From Hormiphora californensis (Eukaryota > Animalia > Ctenophora): a DNA stretch of 64,000 nt. Below are positions 36,701 to 50,917 of this stretch, in pieces. The stretch covers positions 2,232,001 to 2,296,000 of the forward strand of contig CM035356.1 of the NCBI GenBank assembly GCA_020137815.1, read 5' to 3'. The number at the start of each line of letters is the position of its first letter. Position 1 is the stretch's first letter. The position numbers and the translations under genes are program-made. The notes beneath the pieces were generated by a model that was given only the letters and a program-made list of their open reading frames with translations, had not been told where the DNA came from and made no database searches.

Positions 36701-39700
36701 CTTATCTCTAAGAAACTTTCCCACTTTGACCCAACTTATCTCTAAGAAACTTTCCCACTTTGACCCAACTTATCTCTAAGAAACTTTCCCACTTTGACCC
36801 AACTTATCTCTAAGAAACTTTCCCACTTTGACCCAACTTATCTCTAAGAAACTTTCCCACTTTGACCCAACTTATCTCTAAGAAACTTTCCCACTTTGAC
36901 CCAACTTATCTCTAAGAAACTTTCCCACTTTGACCCAACTTATCTCTAAGAAACTTTCCCACTTTGACCCAACTAATCTCTAAGAAACTTTCCCACTTTG
37001 ACCCAACTTATCTCTAAGAAACTTTCCCACTTTGACCCAACTTATCTCTAAGAAACTTTCCCACTTTGACCCAACTTATCTCTAAGAAACTTTCCCACTT
37101 TGACCCAACTTATCTCTAAGAAACTTTCCCACTTTGACCCAACTTATCTCTAAGAAACTTTCTCACTTTGACCCAACTTATCTCTAAGAAACTTTCCCAC
37201 TTTGACCCAATTTATCTCTAAGAAACTTTTCCACTTTGACCCAACTTATCTCTAAGAAACTTTCCCACTTTGACCCAACTTATCTCTAAGAAACTTTCCC
37301 ACTTTGACCCAACTTATCTCTAAGAAACTTACCCACTTTGACCCAACTTATCTCTAATGAACTTTCCCACTTTGACCCAAATTATCTCTAACAAACTTTC
37401 CCACTTTGACCCAACTTATCTCTAAGAAACTTTCCCACTTTGACCCAACTTATCTCTAAGAAACTTTTCCACTTTGACCCAACTTATCTCTAAGAAACTT
37501 TCCCACTTTGACCCAACTTATCTCTAAGAAACTTTCCCACTTTGACCCAACTTATCTCTAAGAAACTTTCCCACTTTGACCCAACTTATCTCTAAGAAAC
37601 TTTCCCACTTTGACCCAACTTATCTCTAAGAAACTTTCCCACTTTGACCCAACTTATATCTAAGAAACTTTCCCACTTTGACCCAACTTATCTCTAAGAA
37701 ACTTTCCCACTTTGACCCAACTTATCTCTAAGAAACTTTCCCACTTTGACCCAACTTATCTCTAAGAAACTTTTCCACTTTGACCCAACTTATCTCTAAT
37801 GAACTTTCCCACTTTGACTCAACTTATCTCTAAGAAACTTTCCCACTTTGACCCAACTTATCTCTAAGAAACTTTCCCACTTTGACCCAACTTATCTCTA
37901 ATGAACTTTCCCACTTTGACCCAACTTATCTCTAAGAAACTTTCCCACTTTGACCCAACTTATCTCTAAGAAACTTTTCCACTTTGACCCAACTTATCTC
38001 TAAGAAACTTTCCCACTTTGACCCAACTTATCTCTAAGAAACTCTCCCACTTTGACCCAACTTATCTCTAAGAAACTTTCCCACTTTGACCCAACTTATC
38101 TCTAAGAAACTTTCCCACTTTGACCCAACTTATCTTTAAGAAACTTTCCCACTTTGACCCAACTTATCTCTAAGAAACGTTCCCACTTTGACCCAACTAA
38201 TCTCTAAGAAACTTTCCCACTTTGACCCAACTTATCTCTAAGAAACTTTCCCACTTTGACCCAACTTATCTCTAAGAAACTTTCCCACTTTGACCCAACT
38301 TATCTCTAAGAAACTTTCCCACTTTGACCCAACTTATCTCTAAGAAACTTTCTCACTTTGACTCAACTTATCTCTAAGAAACTTTCCCACTTTGACCCAA
38401 CTTATCTCTAAGAAACTTTCCCACTTTGACCCAACTTATCTCTAAGAAACTTTCCCACTTTGACCCAACTTATCTCTAAGAAACTTTCCCACTTTGACCC
38501 AACTTATCTCTAAGAAACTTTCCCACTTTGACCCAACTTATCTCTAAGAAACTTTCCCACTTTGACCCAACTTATATCTAAGAAACTTTCCCACTTTGAC
38601 CCAACTTATCTCTAACAAACTTTCCCACTTTGACCCAACTTATCTCTAAGAAACTTTCCCACTTTGACCCAACTTATCTCTAAGAAACTTTTCCACTTTG
38701 ACCCAACTTATCTCTAAGAAACTTTCCCACTTTGACCCAACTTATCTCTAAGAAACTTTCCCACTTTGACCCAACTTATCTCTAAGAAACTTTCCCACTT
38801 TGACCCAACTTATCTCTAAGAAACTTTTCCACTTTGACCCAACTTATCTCTAAGAAACTTTCCCACTTTGACCCAACTTATCTCTAAGAAACTTTCCCAC
38901 TTTGACCCAACTTATCTCTAAGAAACTTTCCCACTTTGACCCAACTTATCTCTAAGAAACTTTCCCACTTTGACCCAACTTATATCTAAGAAACTTTCCC
39001 ACTTTGACCCAACTTATCTCTAACAAACTTTCCCACTTTGACCCAACTTATCTCTAAGAAACTTTCCCACTTTGACCCAACTTATCTCTAAGAAACTCTC
39101 CCACTTTGACCCAACTTATCTCTAAGAAACTTTCGCACTTTGACCCAACTGGCAACTTATCTCTAAGAAACTTTCCCACTTTGACCCAACTTATCTCTAA
39201 GAAACTTTTCCACTTTGACCCAACTTATCTCTAAGAAACTTTCCCACTTTGACCCAACTTATCTCTAAGAAACTTTTCCACTTTGACCCAACTTATCTCT
39301 AAGAAACTTTCCCACTTTGACCCAACTTATCTCTAAGAAACTTTCCCACTTTGACCCAACTTATCTCTAAGAAACTTTTCCACTTTGACCCAACTTATCT
39401 CTAAGAAACTTTCCCACTTTGACCCAACTTATCTCTAAGAAACTTTCTCACTTTGACCCAACTTATCTCTAAGAAACTTTCCCACTTTGACCCAACTTAT
39501 CTCTAAGAAACTCTCCCACTTTGACCCAACTTATCTCTAAGAAACTTTCCCACTTTGACCCAACTTATCTCTAACAAACTTTCCCACTTTGACCTAACTT
39601 ATCTCTAAGAAACTTTCCCACTTTGACCCAACTTATCTCTAAGAAACTTTTCCACTTTGACCCAACTTATCTCTAAGAAACTTTCCCACTTTGACCCAAC

Positions 39701-42700
39701 TTATCTCTAAGAAACTTTCCCACTTTGACCCAACTTATCTCTAAGAAACTTTCCCACTTTGACCCAACTTATCTCTAAGAAACTTTTCCACTTTGACCCA
39801 ACTTATCTCTAAGAAACTTTCCCACTTTGACCCAACTTATCTCTAAGAAACTTTTCCACTTTGACCCAACTTATCTCTAAGAAACTTTTCCACTTTGACC
39901 CAACTTATCTCTAAGAAACTTTCCCACTTTGACCCAACTTATCTCTAAGAAACTTTCCCACTTTGACCCAACTTATCTCTAAGAAACTTTTCCACTTTGA
40001 CCCAACTTATTTCTAAGAAACTTTCCCACTTTGACCCAACTTATCTCTAAGAAACTTTCTCACTTTGACCCAACTTATCTCTAAGAAACTTTCCCACTTT
40101 GACCCAATTTATCTCTATGAAACTTTTCCACTTTGACCCAACTTATCTCTAAGAAACTTTCCCACTTTGACCCAACTTATCTCTAAGAAACTTTCCCACT
40201 TTGACCCAACTTATCTCTAAGAAACTTTCCCACTTTGACCCAACTTATATCTAAGAAACTTTCCCACTTTGACCCAACTTATCTCTAACAAACTTTCCCA
40301 CTTTGACCCAACTTATCTCTAAGAAACTTTCCCACTTTGACCCAACTTATCTCTAAGAAACTTTTCCACTTTGACCCAACTTATCTCTAAGAAACTTTCC
40401 CACTTTGACCCAACTTATCTCTAAGAAACTTTCCCACTTTGACCCAACTTATCTCTAAGAAACTTTCCCACTTTGACCCAACTTATCTCTAAGAAACTTT
40501 CCCACTTTGACCCAACTTATCTCTAAGAAACTTTCCCACTTTGACCCAACTTATCTCTAAGAAACTTTCCCACTTTGACCCAACTTATCTCTAAGAAACT
40601 TTCCCACTTTGACCCAACTTATCTCTAAGAAACTTTCCCACTTTGACCCAACTTATATCTAAGAAACTTTCCCACTTTGACCCAACTTATCTCTAACAAA
40701 CTTTCCCACTTTGACCCAACTTATCTCTAAGAAACTTTCCCACTTTGACCCAACTTATCTCTAAGAAACTCTCCCACTTTGACCCAACTTATCTCTAAGA
40801 AACTTTCGCACTTTGACCCAACTGGCAACTTATCTCTAAGAAACTTTCCCACTTTGACCCAACTTATCTCTAAGAAACTTTTCCACTTTGACCCAACTTA
40901 TCTCTAAGAAACTTTCCCACTTTGACCCAACTTATCTCTAAGAAACTTTTCCACTTTGACCCAACTTATCTCTAAGAAACTTTCCCACTTTGACCCAACT
41001 TATCTCTAAGAAACTTTCCCACTTTGACCCAACTTATCTCTAAGAAACTTTTCCACTTTGACCCAACTTTTCTCTAAGAAACTTTCCCACTTTGACCCAA
41101 CTTATCTCTAAGAAACTTTCTCACTTTGACCCAACTTATCTCTAAGAAACTTTCCCACTTTGACCCAACTTATCTCTAAGAAACTCTCCCACTTTGACCC
41201 AACTTATCTCTAAGAAACTTTCCCACTTTGACCCAACTTATCTCTAACAAACTTTCCCACTTTGACCTAACTTATCTCTAAGAAACTTTCCCACTTTGAC
41301 CCAACTTATCTCTAAGAAACTTTTCCACTTTGACCCAACTTATCTCTAAGAAACTTTCCCACTTTGACCCAACTTATCTCTAAGAAACTTTTCCACTTTG
41401 ACCCAACTTATCTCTAAGAAACTTTCCCACTTTGACCCAACTTATCTCTAAGAAACTTTTCCACTTTGACCCAACTTATCTCTAAGAAACTTTCCCACTT
41501 TGACCCAACTTATCTCTAAGAAACTTTTCCACTTTGACCCAACTTATCTCTAAGAAACTTTCCCACTTTGACCCAACTTATCTCTAAGAAACTTTCCCAC
41601 TTTGACCCAACTTATCTCTAAGAAACTTTTCCACTTTGACCCAACTTATCTCTAAGAAACTTTCCCACTTTGACCCAACTTATCTCTAAGAAACTTTCTC
41701 ACTTTGACCCAACTTATCTCTAAGAAACTTTCCCACTTTGACCCAACTTATCTCTAAGAAACTCTCCCACTTTGACCCAACTTATCTCTAAGAAACTTTC
41801 CCACTTTGACCCAACTTATCTCTAACAAACTTTCCCACTTTGACCCAACTTATCTCTAAGAAACTTTCCCACTTTGACCCAACTTATCTCTAAGAAACTT
41901 TCCCACTTTGACCCAACTTATCTCTAAGAAACTTTCCCACTTTGACCCAACTTATCTCTAAGAAACTTTCCCACTTTGACCCAACTTATCTCTAAGAAAC
42001 TTTCCCACTTTGACCCAACTTATCTCTAAGAAACTTTCCACTTTGACCCAACTTATCTCTAAGAAACTTTCCCACTTTGACCCAACTTATCTCTAAGAAA
42101 CTTTTCCACTTTGACCCAACTTATCTCTAAGAAACTTTCCCACTTTGACCCAACTTATCTCTAAGAAACTTTCCCACTTTGACCCAACTTATCTCTAAGA
42201 AACTTTTCCACTTTGACCCAACTTATCTCTAAGAAACTTTCGCACTTTGACCCAACTGGCAACTTATCTCTAAGAAACTTTCCCACTTTGACCCAACTTA
42301 TCTCTAAGAAACTTTTCCACTTTGACCCAACTTTTCTCTAAGAAACTTTCCCACTTTGACCCAACTTATCTCTAAGAAACTTTCTCACTTTGACCCAACT
42401 TATCTCTAAGAAACTTTCCCACTTTGACCCAACTTATCTCTAAGAAACTCTCCCACTTTGACCCAACTTATCTCTAAGAAACTTTCCCACTTTGACCCAA
42501 CTTATCTCTAACAAACTTTCCCACTTTGACCTAACTTATCTCTAAGAAACTTTCCCACTTTGACCCAACTTATCTCTAAGAAACTTTTCCACTTTGACCC
42601 AACTTATCTCTAAGAAACTTTCCCACTTTGACCCAACTTATCTCTAAGAAACTTTTCCACTTTGACCCAACTTATCTCTAAGAAACTTTCCCACTTTGAC

Positions 42701-45700
42701 CCAACTTATCTCTAAGAAACTTTTCCACTTTGACCCAACTTATCTCTAAGAAACTTTCCCACTTTGACCCAACTTATCTCTAAGAAACTTTTCCACTTTG
42801 ACCCAACTTATCTCTAAGAAACTTTCCCACTTTGACCCAACTTATCTCTAAGAAACTTTCCCACTTTGACCCAACTTATCTCTAAGAAACTTTTCCACTT
42901 TGACCCAACTTATCTCTAAGAAACTTTCCCACTTTGACCCAACTTATCTCTAAGAAACTTTTCCACTTTGACCCAACTTATCTCTAAGAAACTTTCCCAC
43001 TTTGACCCAACTTATCTCTAAGAAACTTTCCCACTTTGACCCAACTTATCTCTAAGAAACTTTTCCACTTTGACCCAACTTATCTCTAAGAAACTTTCCC
43101 ACTTTGACCCAACTTATCTCTAAGAAACTTTCTCACTTTGACCCAACTTATCTCTAAGAAACTTTCCCACTTTGACCCAACTTATCTCTAAGAAACTCTC
43201 CCACTTTGACCCAACTTATCTCTAAGAAACTTTCCCACTTTGACCCAACTTATCTCTAACAAACTTTCCCACTTTGACCCAACTTATCTCTAAGAAACTT
43301 TCCCACTTTGACCCAACTTATCTCTAAGAAACTTTTCCACTTTGACCCAACTTATCTCTAAGAAACTTTCCCACTTTGACCCAACTTATCTCTAAGAAAC
43401 TTTCCCACTTTGACCCAACTTATCTCTAAGAAACTTTCCCACTTTGACCCAACTTATCTCTAAGAAACTTTTCCACTTTGACCCAACTTATCTCTAAGAA
43501 ACTTTCCCACTTTGACCCAACTTATCTCTAAGAAACTTTTCCACTTTGACCCAACTTATCTCTAAGAAACTTTCCCACTTTGACCCAACTTATCTCTAAG
43601 AAACTTTCCCACTTTGACCCAACTTATCTCTAAGAAACTTTTCCACTTTGACCCAACTTATCTCTAAGAAACTTTTCCACTTTGACCCAACTTATCTCTA
43701 AGAAACTTTTCCACTTTGACCCAACTTATCTCTAAGAAACTTTCCCACTTTGACCCAACTTATCTCTAAGAAACTTTCCCACTTTGACCCAACTTATCTC
43801 TAAGAAACTTTTCCACTTTGACCCAACTTATCTCTAAGAAACTTTCCCACTTTGACCCAACTTATCTCTAAGAAACTTTCCCACTTTGACCCAACTTTTC
43901 TCTAAGAAACTTTCCCACTTTGTGTATGCTAATGATTTAATATGCTAATTGCTAATCTGCTGATTCGCTGCATGTACAGGGTGTTCGCCAAATGTTATCA
44001 TTTGATTCCCCGGTAAAGGAGGGGAAGACGATGAAACCTGTCAAACAACAGAAACAACCTAATGTGGCGGCACCTAAGCCTGCACCTAAACCTGTCTCTA
44101 AGGAACCTGTACCTAAAGAACCTGTTCCTGATATTGAGGAGCCAGAGTTAGGTGCAAGGGGAGGTGTGAATGATAGTTGGTTGTGCTGTATACGACTTGC
44201 CAGCGCCAAACTTAGTAAGTCGCTCTATCACAAACTATAAATACCTTTTTTGTGGTATACTATCGACCGGTGTTTACCATTTTTTTCGAAAAGATGAGAG
44301 AATAACAAGTAAACTATTAACATTACCCCCTACTTCAGATCGTAGCGGCAAGAAATATGTCCGGTATGTGTACCCCTTCTTCGGCTCAACAGCCCCCCAA
44401 TCTACCTCCGTGATCAAGTTCCTGGCGGGGGAGAACACCCTCCTCCCTCCCTCTACCTGTGAATACTCCTTCCTGGCTGAGAGAGCAGCTGTGGTCGAGC
44501 AGTTTAATAGGTGTGTGGGATGTTTGGGTTTTAAACTCTTTAGATTAGGAAACTTGACCCATGTTATATTAGGATTATAGCAACTACCCATAGCTAACGT
44601 CAGCTAGGGTTGTGTAAACTTGGTTTTATTTCACAATTCACAGGGTGCCGCTAGTGCTACAGATATGGAGTAAGGGACCAAATGGAGATAATATAGAGGG
44701 AACAGCTACAGTCCTCCTCTCACCCCTTGTTCAGGTTAAAGAACGATCATCATAATTCATTATAGGGTAAACCGGGGCAAAATGGTTAACTTTTTACTTA
44801 ATCGGTTCTCACTCCCATTTAAAAAAAGATACAATGAAAAAAATTATATAGGATTAAAGTTCATTATTTTATCTTTCAAATAAGATAAATTTCAACTATA
44901 GGGACCATCATTTACTTAACTAAATAACTAATTGAAAAATTTTGGTCGGAAAAATTGGTACCGGGGCAATTCGAGCATCACCAATAGGAGTGCTTTATTT
45001 CGTCACGTGGGAGTCACGTGAACGTCCTCACAACACCAGAAGAAGATTCCCGCCTGGTGTTGTTAGAGGTGGGGGCAATTCGAACAATGTAATCTACACG
45101 CAATCTACACGCTGGTCGTTCTTGCTCGAATTGCCCCGGTATCACGCGTGATCACGTGGTGCAAAGAACTGTACATCATTGGCCCGGGAGTTAACCAAAT
45201 TGCCCCGGTGTGTTAACCAAATTGCCCATGTTCGAATTGCCCCGGTTGTTCGAATTGCCCCGGTAATTTTAATTTACCAGAATTTGGAATGAAAACATGC
45301 GAATATTTAAATAATTTTTATACCATCTGAAAGCTGATATTATTAGCTTTCAGCTGGTTTTTTCAAATCGGAAATTGACCAACTTAAACCGGATCTAGAG
45401 CCTATTTAGTGGTAACGGGCAGGCTCGAACGAGCAGTTTTCTTCTGGAGATAGGATGACGTCATTATGATAGCTTAACTAGGTGAGAGACGGGCAGTACT
45501 ATGTTCGAATTGCCCCAGTTGTTCGAATTGCCCCGGTTTACCCTAAACCTATTTTTTCTACACATTGTATTTCAGACAATTGGAACTAAACTGTTGAATC
45601 TGTCTTTTACAAGTTTTAACCCTTCCTCTATATCATCCCCCTCCCTTTCAGCCTGGATTGCACTCCCTCTCGGGGAAGGTTGTCTCCAAAGAAGACGAGA

Positions 45701-47404
45701 AAGTGATGGGTGAAATAACCATTTCTGGGTGGCTAGAATGCAAGGGCAGCGTGGCCCTCAGGCCCAACACACAGCAGGTAAGGATGGCGCGGAACTGCGC
45801 GCGCTATTAAAGTACACGATGTTAGTATCGATTGTTGTCCCATTTGAATAACGAATTTCCCACAATTTTCCCACAACTCGAATCCAATTTTACACACAGG
45901 CGACAGTGCAGCTGCAACCAGTGGAAACAGCTACAGACAGACAGCAGACCGATTACAAGACAGCTCTGGAGTTAGAGCTCTGGAAGGAAGTTGAACAGGA
46001 GAAGTTTGTACGTGAGCTGGAAGAGAAAAGTGAACTAAGGTTGAAACAGATAACTGCAGAGTGGAAGAGAAAGGAAACTGGTATGTTACAATTCCTCCCG
46101 GGAGCTCCCACCCCACTCACTCAGTCTCCCAGTCCCCTCCCAGTCCTTATATCCCTTTGTTTAATCCTTGAATTTACTTAGAGAGGGAGGAAGATGTGAG
46201 GAGACAGATAGTTGAATACAATAAACTGAAAGAGAAGATGAAGTTTGCACTGAGGGATCTAGAGGCCCGAGAGACCAGACTTATTGACGAGGAACGAAAG
46301 GTTTGTGACTTTTTGTGACTCTTTGTAGTTGTTCTCAGCACCACCAGTTCAAACTAATAATATATCTTGTTTTCAGCTGGTGATAGCAAAAGAAGACCTA
46401 GCAAGGGAGCGAACACGGCTAACCTCAGAACTACGTGAAGCATCCCGCCGCTCGGAGGAGGAATTCGACCACAAACTGCTACTGCAAAAGAGGAAGCTCT
46501 CCGCTCTTGAGGACCAGAATAGTGACCTAAAGCTCCGTATCTCAGAAGCTGAGAAACTCCTAGAGAGACGAACTGGTGAATTGGCTGCTGCTAGAGAGGC
46601 CCAGCTTACTGCTCCCTCCACTAAGGCGAGCACACAGTTAGAGGTACTGAGGATGGAGAAAGAGGAGTTGGAAAGGAAGGCCGCTAGTTTGGAGAAGGCT
46701 AAACAGCACTACAAGGATAGTTGGACAAAGGCACTCAAGGAACTTATAAATGGTGAGTTAGATTCCTGTGTAGTTCAATAATCTCATTTCCTAACTTGAA
46801 GTTCACGATTTCACCACCCTTTTCACTCCCCAGTCAGGGAGAAAGCCCAGCAGGAGGCCAAGAGAAGGTTACTTCAGGAGCAGACTCTCATGGAACATGC
46901 CAGGTTACGGTATCTTGGTCTCGAGGACAACAAGGTATGACTAGAATAGAAACGTGTTACATGGTATCATAGTATGGGGATAGTAGTTATCACCATCACA
47001 ATCAGTTTCATAAGGCATGATTGTAAGACTAACCCATGTACCCCGTTACTGCAGCTATCAAAAGATACATCAATAGCACCTACTGCTGCTCCACCCCCTG
47101 TGGTAGAGAAGAGAGAGGAGACGCAGGAAAACAATGTTAATGTAAGTACATAGTACACTTACTAAGTTGCAGTTACTCAATTAACTGTTAAAAAACCCTT
47201 TAAATCCTTTCTCCGGCGTTTGTTATTCAACCTCCTACTCGGAGGAGAAATACTCTCCTAATCCCTACAATACATTCTCCCTTCTAGTTGGGCCGTTTGC
47301 TAGAAGAGCGAGAGATGCTGCTACGGACGGGGGTCTACTCGAAAGAGGACGCTGTTATTGTGGAACTGAACAGTAAAATAAAGGCCATCCAATGCGAGCC
47401 GTGA
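33798..47404 (+). CDS. CEP120: Centrosomal protein CEP120 (C2 domains + coiled coil), multi-exon
   Basis: [86 protein letters not shown]. Confidence 0.93.
35932..43922. repeat. Tandem array of a 34-bp unit AAACTTTCCCACTTTGACCCAACTTATCTCTAAG, ~235 copies, inside a CEP120 intron
   Basis: Directly visible head-to-tail units with single-base variants and no unique spacers. Confidence 0.98.
44765..45543. mobile_element. MITE with TA TSD in a CEP120 intron
   Basis: TA-GGGTAAACCGGGGCAA ... TTGCCCCGGTTTACCC-TA; multiple internal TTCGAATTGCCCC repeats. Confidence 0.85.
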
Positions 47405-48047
47405 GGTTCAGAAAATAACACTTTTTAACATATGATGAACAGCTCTGACATGAAGTTACTGACTTCTCGCTGTGACGTTAGATGCCGAGGAGACCATGAT
47501 TGGTGCAGGTGGACATACAGATATTATTGTGGCCGGGTACATTGACTCTGAATAAAATGTTTATTATTTATATGGTGCAGTGGCGGATTAGTAAAGTTAT
47601 CATTGATTATTTATTGTACAAAGTATTACAATTACAGACTGTAGCTGAATTGTTTTTAATGTTCAGATAGTTCTGAAATAGCCGAGCCATTGTGACATCA
47701 TGGACCATACAGTTGCGTGCAATCCATATTCCGACTCGTCTCTAGCTCAGTCACACGAGTAGTCCCCCTACTTGCTCCACCCCTCTCACTGCATATTTCA
47801 AATGAAGTGTTTTTCCTCTTAGTATAAGATAAGTAAGTTCAATTTGGTTCAGTGGATGGGAAGACTCCCAATGAATATAATGGCATACACAGTGCATTCA
47901 ATATAAACCTTCAGAACAACCCTTTCGCAAAACACTCAAACTCAAATAATACAGGCACACAGTAGTTTGGTTTAACTTAGTACACAGCACAGCTGTAGAA
48001 ATAATTAATAGAATATCGATTAAAAATAAAACACTATTGTAAATTGT

Positions 48048-50818
48048 TCAGTTCACTTTTCCAAGCTGTAACTTCTTTTGGAACGCTCTGTATGAATTGT
48101 AAACCATGGAGTCGATAATACCAGCAACTGAAAGGGGTGGTATGTAAACATACTGGGGTGTTTTGCTTGTACTGTGATTGTACAGTGTACTGTACACGCA
48201 GTCTCACGGAATTGATCCGTTCCGCTTGCACCAACAGAGTCATATTAAAATGCTAACACTGCGCGCAAATGTGCTTTACATAGAAAACTTGCCGCGCGCT
48301 CACCTGTAAAGACGCCTCCCACTATCGCACAGACACCAGTCAAAAAGTGGGTGAAGGATCGTCTGTGCTCGGTAACCTCGACCATCAGCGGGGATATGTC
48401 GTATGATATGAACATTCCTGGAAGATTGGGAAATGTGAGAAAAGGTTCATGGAAGAAAAAAGAAATTAAAAGACAAAGAAAGAACACAATCTTGGTGAGG
48501 TGACGAACCTGGAAGTCCTGATTGTTCTCCCCTTGATGCTTTGGCCAGGTCGATGGTCTTAGAGTGGTACGTTACTGAGTACTGGTTACTCAGGACAACT
48601 TCTGAGTTCAGTCCCTGGTACCTGTATAGAGTGTTCATTTCATGTGTTCATTAGAATAGTAAAGCCATAACATGCATGGAATATGGATTCAGAATTGCAT
48701 GTGGATGTGAGTTTTGAGTAGATAAAAAACAATTTTGGAAGTAAGAAGTCTTATCGGCAGCCATTTATCAATATGCAGTGTCAAGTTCACTAGAAATAAA
48801 TTCTGTGGAGACATTTATCAGTTGCCGTTCCACATACAGGTGCACACTTGGGACCCTGCCAAAAAGCGTGCCCAACTGGTTACTAAATAAATCAGTCGGT
48901 AGCATGTTAAAGTATTTACCTAATCTACCAGACTCTCACAGAAACAAAATAACGGTGTGAGTCACACACGTACCTCATAGGCACTACTTGAGTGTAGTAC
49001 TGTCTCATTGTGTTTAGTGTGGTGGCTACGAAGGTGTGGTTGTCTAATGGGTTCACCTGGGTGGGGACAAACTCTCCATAGGCCAACCTGAATAAACAGG
49101 GGGAGATATTAGAATTGGAGATATTTGAAATGGAGATATTAGAAAGTCACCATAATTGATACTCTTTTCTTCACTGATAATCAGAATGAATTTTATAGTC
49201 ATTTAGGTTCCTAAGACAACAATAAACAACTATCCTGTATCATTCAAGAACAATAGGAAATAACATCTCTCCCACCTGTTGATGGTGTGTGTAAGGTTGA
49301 TAGGGAACTCTGAAAGGAACTTTAGATCGTGGACATGGGCGTGGTTGTGTTGGAAGCTCTTACCAGGGGAGATATGGAAGTTTCCTGTCACCTGACAAAG
49401 GGGGGGGGGTAACATACATAGTGTGATATTCACGTTGAAATAATATAATAGAAGATATTATATTGGTAGGACAATATACTATGTAAGAGAAATTGAATTC
49501 CCTGTCAAGAAGATGGCTAAGTGCAACTCATTTGGGGGGGGGGGGGGGCGGCTGAAGTTTTTGAAGTTTTTGAAGTCAACTTCAAAAACTTCAAAGAGAA
49601 ACTTAGGGTGGAAAACTTCAAAAACCGCAAAAACTTCAAAAACTCATATCTCCCAAACCGTTGGAGATAGACCCTATGTTGCTTCATAACTCTTATATAA
49701 ACTTGCATATTCCGAACAAGATGCACCCCTTTAAAAAGCCTATAGTCACTCATAAACCATTAAAACTGGTCTAGCCCAAAATAAAGTCATGTGCACACAC
49801 AAAATTATGAAAATATACCATTATCCCTCGAACAAGATGAGGTGGAGACTTCATTTTGGCACGTACCCCCACTAACTCGAGGCCGCTGATGATTTTGGTG
49901 TCCATATTTTTTTCACTACTCCCTTCATAAAAAAATTGCATTTTGTGAAACTGGCAAAAAGGGTGTGGCCCCAAAAAAAATTTTGAAAATTTACTTCATA
50001 ATTTTTGAACACTTTCTTAGTATTTTCTTGCCTTGTTCGACCCTCCCTCCCCGCGCCCCGCGACGGTGAGGAGGGTCTTGTTCTAGAAATAATCAACACT
50101 TCTACGCTCCGCGTACGCGGGAACACACTTGTCGTGCAGCGAGTGCTGGCGCTGTTTACTAGTCGTTTTAGATACCCCTTTCTTATAATCGCGCGCGTGC
50201 GGCAAAGTCTCTTAGTCTCGCGAAAGCTGTCTTTGACTACGGGGTCGAACAAGGTCGAACAAGGCAAAGTGAATGAAGGTCATGAAATCAATTGTTTCAC
50301 CAACTCTGTGAGAATGGATTACCCTGGATCGGGTTGTTATGGAAACTTATTTGGTAAAATGCTGAAAAAGTGTGCTTTGTATAGGTTAAGAGGCAGGGTT
50401 GAATACAGTGAGGGAGGGAGGGAGGGAGGTTTGAACAAAACAAAGTCTCGCAATGAATGTTGGCAAAAATCAAATATCGGACAATGCAGTTTTGTTCAAA
50501 CAGGGTTGAACTTGTTTTGTTAAAACCCGGGGCGCGGGGAGGGAGGGTCGAACAAGGCAAGGTTGAACAAAATAAGGCCAAGAGGGAGAGAGATAAACAA
50601 CTAATTTTCACTGCCCACTTTACTTGCCTGGCTAGACTGTGTTTCGGGCGCACCACCCCCGAAACACAAATGTAAAGAACATAACAACACTTTTCACGGC
50701 AAATCAATTCATTCTTTTACCTAACCTGGATCATGGATGTAATGTAACAAAACAACAGCTGCAAGGGTTACATATCCATCTATCTTTCTCTTTCTCTTTC
50801 TCTCTCTCACTCTCTCTC

Positions 50819-50917
<99 letters not shown>

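Noticed and set aside
35932-43922. CRISPR array (34-bp repeat length)
   Set aside because: Units are contiguous with no unique spacers; eukaryotic intron; no cas genes.
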